Of a stretch of DNA of 64,000 nt, positions 52,031-64,000 are shown piece by piece. Position 1 is the first letter of the stretch, and each line of letters opens with the position of its first letter. The stretch spans positions 4,402,001 through 4,466,000 of the forward strand of contig NC_043009.1 of assembly GCF_006345805.1 (NCBI RefSeq). The letters are read 5' to 3'. The DNA is from Octopus sinensis (taxonomy: Eukaryota). The notes under the pieces are model-generated. The model ran no database searches. It had not been told where the DNA came from and was given only the letters and a program-made list of their open reading frames with translations. A program made the position numbers and the translations under genes.

Positions 52031-52564
52031 CCCTAATATATGTAATATATGAATTTTATTGATCTTAAGATTCTACAAGGACTGGAGAAGGTCATGGATA
52101 TCTCCTTTTCCACCCGGTTAAGCCATACGTAAAGGCAACATGTTTTCTAGCGTTTGAAGTCGGTAGAGTTTTGCATGAAGGCGACTTGGCTCTGAATTCT
52201 TAAGGCGATTTTGGCAGAGTCGTTCGAGTGTTGAATAGAGTCCATCCTTGGAAGCAATGATTCCGACTCAGTACACACTGAGTTCAAATGCCCTCAGATC
52301 AACTTTCTATGTATGAAAATCGAATTGGATCTCTAGCAGTTTGCGTTCTGACTCTTAACCTAGTGAGTTCAAATTTCACCATGCCCTACGTTGCTGGCAG
52401 ACCTTATTGGTCATCCAATTTTGCAACTCTACATGGCACCTTTGCTAAATTTATCAGATCCTTTTTTGTGGCTAGAATTCGCACCAGGTCCCTGCAGGGG
52501 GTCATGGGCACAGGTTTCCCTGGGTTGAGATAACAAACACTTGTACAATTATATAGAATGCGTA

Positions 52565-53070
<506 letters not shown>

Positions 53071-53538
53071 TATATATGGCCAACGATTTCAATCCGTTTC
53101 AAAATAACTATGGTACCCAGTGCTGATGAGCTGAAAGAACAGCGAAATGTCGATATCAACCGTTCTCGCTCACCCTTAGGGATAATTCGTTTCACCTGGT
53201 TTATAGTATTCAGTTTCTTTCTTACTCTCGACGTCTTAAAGGGACTTTTACCTACAAAAAATATCGCAGTTAAGACACATATACCCAAAACGTGTACATT
53301 AAATTTGAGACGTAGTTAATGTTTGTGTGTGTATATTATGATACATTATGATATATTGAAGCTTCGAAGTCACTGTCAAAGAAAGTCTAATGAATATTAT
53401 TATACTCTACACATTTGGTCTTATATTCAGTCAATGTTCCTTGTATTAATGCATATGTATAACGTACTTTTAACTACACACTTTCATGAACGCATATGCT
53501 CAAGAACACATATATAGACAAATATGTGTGTCTGTGTC

Positions 53539-53539
<1 letters not shown>

Positions 53540-53615
<76 letters not shown>

Positions 53616-53935
53616 CTACAATGTTATGTAACATATTGTATAGATAAATTTCCTCTATTTACATAATATTGAGGTCTCTTTCTTTCTTTTGTTATCTTAC
53701 CGTTTTATCATATATATATATATATATTATAATATATATATATACATACACACACATATATATATAGATACACACACATATATATATACATACACACACA
53801 CACCTATATATATATATATATACACACATATATATACATATATATACACACACACATACATACATATGCACGCTTGTATGCAGACACACATACCATCTTA
53901 CACACATACAAACATATTTATATACATACATATAA

Positions 53936-53970
<35 letters not shown>

Positions 53971-54000
53971 ATATATATTATATATATATGCATACATATG
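53540..54000. repeat. Mixed (AT)n/(AC)n array
   Basis: Visible arrays. Confidence 0.9.
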
Positions 54001-54199
54001 TATTTCTCTATCTCTTGAAGCAGGAACGGTCTACAGTCGCTGTATCAATGGCGGTAATCAAAAGTAGATTGTCGCATCAAAAGTGCTTGTTAACGATGCT
54101 TTGTTGGTCTATACACATCTTAAAATACAAACCTGTATCTTGCATATATGCGTGTGAGTCACCTACTTTGATGCTAGTATAGCAAAGCCGTCTTAATTT

Positions 54200-55150
54200 G
54201 TCGTTTACGCTAACTACATATGGAGACGTGCAGCTTCCTACGGTTCAGATGAAAGTCAAGTCTGCACACTGGTGCATATCCTACAGATGGCTTCAATTGT
54301 TCCATTATAATTTACCATCTAAACGTCGTGCATTTCTTGAGTTTGCATCTGACCAGACTGGATTCCTTTTCACTTTTATTTAATAAACGCCGCGTTTCAT
54401 TGGTAAGAGAATCCAACTTTGAGTAAAATATCCACTGCAGATTCAATTTGCTCTGTCTGAAACTATGCATGTTCTTAGACAGCTGCTTCCGCAGACATTA
54501 TTCAACGATTTGCTGGTGTCCTTATTGTTTGTCCGGCACGTTTATGCACAACCTTTGTTTTTGAAGAATCTACAGTCTTAGCGTAAGGGAAGCCCAAGAT
54601 TGGGTGCCCGATGCCTAGTTTTTAGTCAGCTGCTCATATTCCATATTATTGGGCAATATGGCCGGTTGGATGCCAGCCATTATCTTCTACAGAGGGTTGT
54701 TGTGAGCATGAGTTATGACTGTTCTTGAGAAGTTCCAAACATCGGAAAGGTGCGGTGTCCCTCCAGATCTGCAACTGTGGACAACTTCCGAAAATCTAGC
54801 AGTACTACTAAGTATACTCTGGTTCTTGAGAAATTCTACAAGCAAGGATGTATCTTTAGCACGGCTTAACAGTGAAGCATGAAGGGTGATAAAACTTTTC
54901 TGCATCCGGAAGTAGCTGATCCTGAATGTTGCTAATCAGCGAATATGTTGAGTAGCTTTTCTCACGTGTAGGACGGGTATTGATTTCAGACGAGTCTGTT
55001 GTGAACATCAGTCGCTACTGTCGGAAAGATAGTTTCCCCTCTATAATATTTAGTTCATCTGTTGATAGAATTTGGCTAAATATCTTCATGATAGTCAACT
55101 TCTATCTTGTATCTCCGCTCCCTGTAAAAGAATTACACATACCGATGTAT
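54200..55150 (-). mobile_element. Possible decayed RTE LINE (RT region)
   Basis: About 1 kb microsatellite-free stretch with weak ordered minus-strand echoes AKFYQQM (cf. AKIYNRM), LVEFLK (cf. FVDFxK), LGFPYAKT (cf. GL.IN.KT), RLDG; no intact frame. Confidence 0.35.
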
Positions 55151-57279
55151 TGGAGTCGAACTTCTCATTGCCATACATTTGTTGTTCTTCTTTATCGATT
55201 TGTACATTTAAGGTAATATTCTTATAAGTTGCATTACCGATCGAGATGAATTTTTCCACATCATTTTTTCTTTTTGCTTAATGTAGTCGGTCCTCCGTTG
55301 GTCTCGTCGTTGAGCAGAGCATTTATGTATTTATCTATTCGTTTAATTGAATACATATTCGTGAGATAAATGTGCAAATAGTTGAGTACTCAATAAGTGT
55401 AGTTTAATGTAATATCCGGGCCAAATCAGTTTGTCACAATATCACGTCTTGATCTTTGAACTACATTTACAATGCAAAGAAAAAGACAGAGACAACGTGG
55501 AACCGAGCCAGGTAATGTTATTCAGCCCCAAAATAATGAATGGAAAAACTGACTTTAGCAGAAGTTGAACTCAGAGCACAAAGAATCAGGAGGATTATGG
55601 CAAGAATTTCTCTCCGATGGTCTAAATATTCTGCCAGATCGCTGCCTATGCAGCAATGTGTATAGTTAAATCCTTCGCTGCTACACAGGGCAGACATTCG
55701 TGAGAAAGTATGTCTCACTATTTGTTGCTGATGTCTAAATTCCGGATAACTTTCGCTAAAGTACACTGCAAGATTTCTTTCTATGTGAAGTATTGCTTAA
55801 ATAATCTAGGGTGGAAAACATTGGAGAGAATGGTGAATATAATTTAGAAAGTATTTAGGACTTTTGTTTTGAGAGCATATTCTGCAGATTGTGATGGCAA
55901 TCGCTTGGTTTGGACTATACGTGAAGATAACAGAGTCATAGAGAGCATCACTTGGTAAATGTTGATATCTGCCAAGCTGCTTTGCTTCTAGAACCATACA
56001 AAAACAAAATAACATAATCGATATCTTCTCTAGAATCGTTTAATAAAATGTGATGAAAAATATTCAGTCTGACATTTGTAAATGGCATGAGGTCAATGAG
56101 ATAATTCTTCAGTTGTGTTATTAATGCGGCTGTTGTTTAACTACAGACCACTCGTGATTGATCAAACTGGTGATCTTGGATGTCCCAGGCACGACTATTC
56201 TATTTTTACTGTAAGACTACATTATCGCATGGTTCAGTGGTTAGTGAGTCTTAGATAAGCTATGTTGTGATCCGAGAAGGATGCTGCAGTTATTTCTAGC
56301 GGGTTAAAGTCGAGAAAATTTTCCATAGGCTTACTGGCGTTTTCGCTTTTCTCATTTTGTAGTTTGCTGTTGTTGTTGTTGTTGTTTTAATTCCCATTCC
56401 AACCCATATGAGCAGAAATAACATGAAGTACTTTGCAGACTTGACTACGTCATTCTAATTTTCATCAATAATCGGGAAGTCCATCTGGTGCATCATTGTG
56501 CCTTTTCATTTAAAGTGTGATAGGGTGCAACTGAGAGAAATATGAGTGCTATTTCTTGTTGGTCATACTTTATTGTCTACACAGAGTATTCCCACTTCCA
56601 TCTTTGGTATGGTGGTTGCATTCTTGGTGTCGTTTGGTACTTCTCCATCTCTTTTGACTTTTTGTTGAACTGGAAATTAAAAAAAAATACCAATTACTGG
56701 GGCACTTCACATAGAAAATTAATCAAAAGTATGTTTTAAAATTAAAAATTGGAAAAAAATATGACTGATATAAAAAATTATAGCCTACTTTGTTTTATTA
56801 GTCATAACATCTGTTTAACAAAATCATGAATAACAGGTTTTTCGAGACGCTTAAGCGGTAATATGGAATGTCTAAAGCCGAAAATTATGGTTTTTAAAAA
56901 TCCATGGCGCACCTATGTACCTTGTATGACACACCATTTGAGGAACACTAGTGAAGTTTATTAGTGAAACCTGGCGCGGCTACAACTTGACTCTGAACTC
57001 TATCAGCATCGCCTTATGATTAAGACATTGGTAATTTCAAGGAAGACTAAAGCAACAGGAATTTATTACAGCCATTTTATTTGAATTTTTGCTGAAAAAA
57101 AAATATTGATTTTTGTTTTGCATAATATATTTTTAATTTTGTAATTCTTCTTATTTTTATAAATTGAAAAAACAAACAAATAAAAAAAGAAATTATTTGT
57201 TCCTTAAAAAAACAATTAAAAATTGATAACTCCACCCCAAGGACATGGCGCCTGTTGCTGGCGTGGCAAATAAATAAAT

Positions 57280-57595
57280 ACACAATAATGATGATAATAA
57301 TAATAATAATAATAATGATGATGATGATGACGATGATTTAATTTACAGCTACATCGGTAAGGGTAGTGTTAAAGATAGTAGCGAATTATTGAAGATTGAA
57401 GTAGTTGTAGCAGTAGCAGTAGTAGTGGTGGTGGTGGTGGTGATGGTGGCGGTGGTGGTGGTGGTATGTGGTGGTGGTGGTGGTGGTGGTGGTAGTGGTG
57501 TAATAAGTGATGTTGCTAATAGTGTTGCAGCAGAATTAAGGCAGAGATGCTGGTTGATTATTCTTTACATTATTCTCATAATAATAATAATAATG

Positions 57596-57634
<39 letters not shown>

Positions 57635-57690
57635 TTGATGATAATAATAATAATAATAACCGTCATCATCATTATAATCATCATCCATAA
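57280..57690. repeat. (AAT)/(GAT)/(GGT)/(AGT) trinucleotide cluster
   Basis: The source of the poly-Val/Gly/Ile ORF in the track. Confidence 0.9.
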
Positions 57691-58567
57691 ATAGTAATCC
57701 CCACAAATACATCACAGAATTTTTTCTTTGTTTTCATTTTCGTTTCTCTCTCTCTCTCTCGCTTTCTCTCTTTTATACAAGATTTTTCACCAAGTACGTT
57801 TGATCTGTTTGTGCATAGGATGTTGGGGCTGGACAGGTCAGACATAATTCACCACCACAAACACAACCACCACCACCATCATCAACATCATCTAGACAAT
57901 CACCACTGCCAACACCAACTTATAAACTGCACATGCCTTTACCACTTCCGCTCTATCAAAGTAGAAGTACAGAGAGAGAGAGAGAGGGGGGGGTAGGAGG
58001 AGGTAAAGAAAAGCATGCAGGTAGTAAATGTATGACTCACGGAGATTTGGCTGGTGTGGATTGACTAAGCGATATAAAGGCCTTCATTTTCACGTTCTTT
58101 CATATTTTTTTTTTCTATATTTTCCTTTTATTTTTCGGCTCCTTGCTTTTGTTATTTTTGCTTCTATTTTTCTTTTGACTACTTTCTCGATACCAAACGT
58201 TAGCGAAGAATTTAGGCTAATGTCGAAGTGAAGCGGCCCTATTTCTTTCAAGTAAGGTGATATTAGCTAAAGCTGGCTAAATAAATAAAGAAATAAAGAA
58301 ATACATAAAAATATGGAATAAAGAATGATTTGATGACATAAATAGCTCTGCTAATATTCTGGCACATTCTTTTGCATTCATAAATCGCTGTATGATTCTT
58401 TAAATACGGGGATCAGAATACGCATGGGATTTATAAAGCAGTTATCTGGCTGTCTGTCTCTCTTTCCTACTAACGCCCTCGTCCATCATAACACATCTTC
58501 ACTTACAATATGTGTGTACATATGGTTGGGTGTCATATATATAATAAATATATGTGTCCGCAGCGTA

Positions 58568-58608
<41 letters not shown>

Positions 58609-58670
58609 CTTCGCCATGACAGATCGCTAGCCACTTCACATTCTTTATTTTCTTTCCTTGTTTCTTTCTG

Positions 58671-58790
58671 TGTTCCTTTCTGTAGAAGAGAATAGACTCG
58701 AAACGTTAAAGACTTTTTCACTTCCCGAGCGTTATACTACTACATCTGTTTGTAGTCTACACCACCTGCCTTCGTCTTTTGTTGTTTTTT
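58671..58790 (+). mobile_element. Family P repeat with hammerhead-like motif
   Basis: ttcctttctgtagaagagaatagactcgaaacgttaaagac...gagcgttatactactacatctgtttg...acaccacctgccttcgtctttt. Confidence 0.7.
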
Positions 58791-59130
58791 TTGGGGGGGG
58801 GGGAATTTTCCCTATATATATATATAATATATATATATATATACAGAGAGAGAGAGAGAGAGAGAATGAGAGAGAGAAAGACAGACAGACAGAGTTAAAA
58901 CTATGATGTTGTAGGTACAACATGTTCCTTAACTTCTTGGTGATCTTAGGTAAAATTATACTAATGTGTCGTTCTGTTCTAATCTAATTAAATTCTATGT
59001 CTCTGTGCAGCTGAAGATTGCTCTACATTTTAAATTGATGTAATGAATTGATTGTATTGTTCAATGAAATGGTGTTGCATGAAACGATCGTACTGCATTA
59101 CCTCTGGTTATCATTGTTGCTTATTTTGAT

Positions 59131-59183
<53 letters not shown>

Positions 59184-59240
59184 CTCCCTCTTCTCCGTTT
59201 AATCTTTTCGTTCTCTTTCAAATTATTTCCCCTCTCAATC

Positions 59241-59350
59241 GTTTCTGTCGCAGAGCATAGGCTCGAAACGTCAAAGACTTTTCCATTGTATCCGACTGTT
59301 AAACTAATACGCCTTCTTCTTGTTCTTTCACTTGTCTTCGTCTTATGTAA
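59241..59350 (+). mobile_element. Family P repeat with hammerhead-like motif
   Basis: gtttctgtcgcagagcataggctcgaaacgtcaaagacttttcc...gttaaactaatac. Confidence 0.65.
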
Positions 59351-59545
59351 CTTATAGACGAAACAGCTGTAAGTTTATAAATTTCGTAACATATCCATCG
59401 TTTTTCTTTTCTCGTCTATTTGTCTTATTACCGTTCTACACTCATCTAATATTTGTTCTGAAATATACGCATGTTGAGTTCTGCACCAATTTATTCGTCT
59501 CGCATATACATATATATATATAATATATATATATATATTATATAT

Positions 59546-59579
<34 letters not shown>

Positions 59580-59589
59580 AGCGTGTTCG

Positions 59590-59950
59590 AGTTTCTTCTA
59601 AACCACACGTATCTAGGTTCAGTACCATTACGTAGCAACTTGGGCAAGAGTCTTTTATTACTCAACCTCGGGCCTACCAAACATTTTTGAGTGGATTTGG
59701 TTGACGGAAACTGAAAGAAGCCAGTCGTATAAGTGAGTGTGTGTATGTGTTGCGCTTTTCCCCCAGCACCGCTTGGTAACCGGTGTATATGTGTTTACGA
59801 CTCTGTAACCAAGTAGTAAAGCAAAAAGAGACCGATAAATTAAGTACTAGGTTCAGAAATTAAGTCCTGAGATTGAGTTGTTGCTCAAATAAAATCCATG
59901 CTAGGCGGTGATCCAGCATGGCCGCAATTAAATGACCGAAGCTGGTAAAA
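59590..59950 (+). mobile_element. SINE family A, old diverged copy
   Basis: aaccacacgtatctaggttcagtaccattacgtagcaacttgggcaag head; ggcggtgatccagcatggccgca tail. Confidence 0.8.
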
Positions 59951-59969
59951 TATAATATATATATATATA

Positions 59970-60150
59970 ATTTTTTCCATAGGCACTATAGACACGGAAA
60001 TTTGTATGTGGGGCGATGAAACAGGTGATCAACTAGATCCAGTTCACGACTGGTTCTTTTTATCGACCCTTTTTATCGATCCTGGGAAAATAAAAGGCAA
60101 CGGTATCTGAAGTTAAAAAACAAAATGTCGAAGCAAATTCCGCAACGCAA
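59970..60150 (-). mobile_element. Old SINE family B fragment
   Basis: ttttatcgaccc..atcgatcctgggaaaataaaaggcaa and ataggcact..gaaatttgtatgtgggg are diverged rc family B blocks. Confidence 0.45.
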
Positions 60151-60246
60151 AAACCATCGTTCTTAGAGTTACATAAATCATGTACGTGCGTATGAGTATG
60201 AGTCAATGTGTGTGCGCGTGCGTGCGTGCGTGTGTGTGTGCGTGAA

Positions 60247-60284
<38 letters not shown>

Positions 60285-60669
60285 GCGATCGGAAGTATTC
60301 TGTACGTGTACGCATAAATCCATATAAATCATATGCATCCCTTTCATAGATTAGAACAAGTGAATATTAAAATATATTCGAATTTCACATACATCATAGA
60401 TGAAAAATAAAGAAAAGAGAATCGAAAGAATATAAAATAAAAAAAAAAAAAAAAACTGGTAGCAAAAACAAAGATAAAAAAGATATATGGCGCCGGCAAC
60501 AACTTATTTGTATGCAATATGTACACATATTCTCACACACAAACCGATGGATGTTCATATATGACGAACATTTATAGACAAATAGAAAATCATATTTTTC
60601 GCGAGAAATTAATATCTGTACCATGCACACAAACAACCACACACCCGATCACACAAAAACACGCAAGAA

Positions 60670-60790
60670 ATGTATGTATGTATGTATGTACATATGTACG
60701 TATGTATGTATCTATGTATGTATGCATGTATGCATGTATGTATGTATGTATGTATGCATGTATGTATGGATGTATGTATGTATGTATATG
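60670..60790. repeat. (ATGT)n tetranucleotide array
   Basis: Interrupted array. Confidence 0.9.
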
Positions 60791-61380
60791 TAATCAATTT
60801 AGGAAGCCGTGTGTTTGCAGTAGCGTATTCCGATATGTCTAATAATCTGTGGCATATAATCACAAACTGAGCATTTAACGATGAGTTAGAATATGCCGAG
60901 GTACGCCATTACTCTGCATGATTAATGTGGAACATTCTGAAAGGAATGAGAAGATTCACAAGAATAAATAAACGAAATAAATAAGGAAATGGAAAAAAAA
61001 AAAAAAAACGGAAAGGAGATGTTAATATTTTCTATTTGTATATACAGAAATATTCATTATTTTACATACAACATGCACTGTGGGTTCTCTATTTGTCAAA
61101 TGTTGACTGGTGATGACAACGATTTCATCATTTTACGACACAGAATTGCAATCTGCAATGGTCGTTACCGATCAATATTGATAATAGTAGGGAATATAAT
61201 GCATTTTTTTCCTCGAGTTTATACTCCAGTGCATGGTTCCTCCGTGTTATTCTTATGACTACGACAACAAACGGGTTTTTCAAGTGTCAGATTATCGTTT
61301 ATGTGGCCGATGTTCTTTAAATATTAGTTGAGACCGTCAACTATCTCCGGACACATCTCTTTCTCTTCTCTTTTCTCTTT

Positions 61381-61786
61381 TCTCTTTTACTTGTTTCAGT
61401 CATTTGACTGCAGCCATGCTGGAGCACCGCCTTTAATCGAGCAAATCGACCCCGGGACTTATTATTTGTAAGCCCAGTACTTATTCTATCGGTCTCTTTT
61501 GCCGAACCGCTAGGTAACGGGAACGTAAACACACCAGCATCGGTTGTCAAGCAATGCTAGGGGGACAAACACAGACACACAAACACACACACATACACAC
61601 ATATATATATATACATATATACGACGGGCTTCTTTCAGTTTCCGTCTACCAAATCCACTCACAAGGCTTTGGTCGGCCCGAGGCTATAGTAGAAGACACT
61701 TGCTCAAGGTACCACGCAGTGGGATTGAACCCGGAACCATGTGGTTGGTAAACAAGCTACTTACCTACACAGCCACTCCTGCGCCT
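61381..61786 (-). mobile_element. SINE family A, full length, close to consensus
   Basis: Complete rc copy ending ctacacagccactcctgcgcct. Confidence 0.95.
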
Positions 61787-62072
61787 GTATATAGGTTTAT
61801 TTTACCGCTTCTTGTCCATCTTCAGATTCTCTGCTCACCATCTTCTAAAATATTCACTTCTCTCTCTTTTCCTCTCTCTTTCTCTCTCCTCTGTATTTAG
61901 TGCACAATTTTTATTTCTCTCTCTCTCGCACACACTCTCTCTCTCTCAAACCCACACGCATATTATCGCATCCACCCGTTATGCTTTATTTACACTCATC
62001 ATATTTAAATAACGATATATGCATATAGCAACGGAACAAGTATTTCTTCCTTACTCCTACTACTATCAATAT

Positions 62073-62127
<55 letters not shown>

Positions 62128-63050
62128 ACTGCCGCTGCTGCTGCTTCTCTTTCGTTAAACACACATGAATTGTTTACGTTCTCAAGCATTTTATTTATTA
62201 AACCCACTGTAGCCACTTCTGGAGCTGTTTACTAGAATCAGTTTTGACAACGCACTGGTCTAAAAATCCTCCATTATTTACCTAAAAGCTGCGAACACCT
62301 TTGTCTAAAGCAACGAAAAAATAAAAAAGTAAAAAACAGAAAAGAAAAGAGCGGGAAGAAAGGAGGGAATCATCGGTGGGGCATCATAAAAGATAAATAC
62401 AATAGTAAGGATAAAATACAACAAAATACCACAAAAAAAACTTTATAAAAGAAATGAGCTAAAAACTGTAACAACAAAAAAAAAGAGAGAGAGAATAATG
62501 AAAAATATTACACGTGCTTTTTTTCACTCAGGTCAAATAATCATCTAATATTTCTGTGTCTGTCTTCATTATTGAATGAAATTCCTCAGAAATATCATCA
62601 TCAATTCGTTTAGAGATGAAAGAAGAGGAAGAAGAAAGACTGAAGAAAGAAAAAATATTTCTCTTCCGTACATCTGTTTATTTTATCTGTTCTTTTTACG
62701 TCCTCATTTCTAACTATCCTACGCACCCCCACCCCACACATACACACACGGATACACACATACACACACACACACATAAACACACACGCATGCATATACA
62801 CACATATGTGTATGTACATATAGGCACAGATATGAGTGTGTACATACACAAGCACACATACAGGCATATTCAAACACACACTATCTCTCTCTCTCTCTCT
62901 TTCACTCTCTCCCTCTCTCAATCTCTTTCTGTCACTCTCTCTCTTGTTTTCTTCTTCATCAAAGTGTGATGTATGTATCTATGTGAATATATTGAGTGCA
63001 TTGTGTATTCGTTGAGAGTATATACACATGTCGTACATATATATGTGTGT

Positions 63051-63088
<38 letters not shown>

Positions 63089-63911
63089 ATTTTACGCAGG
63101 CCCTTAATATGTCCTGAGCAGGTTCCAATAAAAACCAGGTGTAATTATATAGGAATTTCTATTACATGAATAACACCCTTCATCTCACGTCGTGCAGAAG
63201 AACAGAAAAAAGAATAACAGACATGCACGATGATGATGATGATGATGATGACAATAATAATAATAATAATAATGACACGAGCGATACTATTACTAATAAT
63301 AATAATTAAGAGCTTGCTGTGGAAGCATATTGGCCACTCATTCGAATTGATTCGTAACACCATTCCTATTGAACACACATCATACGGTACAAGGCTTGCA
63401 ATCCAGAGAAGAAGAAAAAAAAGTGCATATACATCAAACTGATTCTAGACACAGAGAGTGGATTACATGTCAAATATAAGTGTAGACTCATACCCTCACG
63501 CCTGCACAATCCCCACCTCCGGCTCTACACATACGGATCCAGACACACTCACACGAGCATTCATTGTCTGTAACACAGACACATAAACGTCGATTTTTGG
63601 TGCATTTCTCTTGCATTCCACGTTAGCATTCGTAGGTTCTTCTAAGTGTTATTATAGTTATTAACGTTATTTGACAATAATCTTTTAGTGTTCGATATTT
63701 CACTACTATGAAAATATGTAATGGCGGTGTAACGATAAAATGTGCTTAGTACATTCTTCCAGCAGGAATGTCAACAATTCTGATTGAATTGTTCTATGAA
63801 CTCTTCCTGACTTTCCTTGAGATTCCAACCTACTGCACCTCATATAAGTGTGCGCGTTGCATATGAATCTATATATACGCATGTATGTATGTATGTATGT
63901 CTCTCTCTTTA

Positions 63912-63951
<40 letters not shown>

Positions 63952-63967
63952 CATACATACGCATACG

Positions 63968-64000
<33 letters not shown>

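Overview
AT-rich, microsatellite-saturated animal genomic DNA. The repeat families and their density look like an octopod cephalopod (Octopus-like); this is inferred from repeat recognition, not from a search. Nearly all of the six-frame ORFs are translations of simple repeats and are not genes. I can support one protein-coding exon (33691-33832, +): canonical splice sites, encoding a C-x-F-P-x-x-W-x-G-x-W extracellular-type domain that I tentatively assign to the DUF7044/7042/7043 family. The rest of the window is probably intronic or intergenic. It contains about 15 copies of a composite tRNA-derived SINE (family A) and about 8 copies of a second tRNA SINE (family B, two tail types), one V-domain-like SINE, a 5'-truncated CR1-group LINE whose 3' tail matches the family A tail, and decayed RTE and restriction-like-endonuclease retrotransposon relics. 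There is also a TTAA-flanked piggyBac-type MITE, four copies of a short repeat carrying a minimal hammerhead-ribozyme-like fold with a non-canonical core, and a ~750 bp direct duplication that may be an assembly artefact. I found no rRNA, true tRNA gene, CRISPR array or intact transposase/RT ORF, and no clear evidence of a wholly new biological system. The best leads are the hammerhead-variant repeat, the SINE-LINE tail partnership, the inverted SINE hairpins and the orphan exon.
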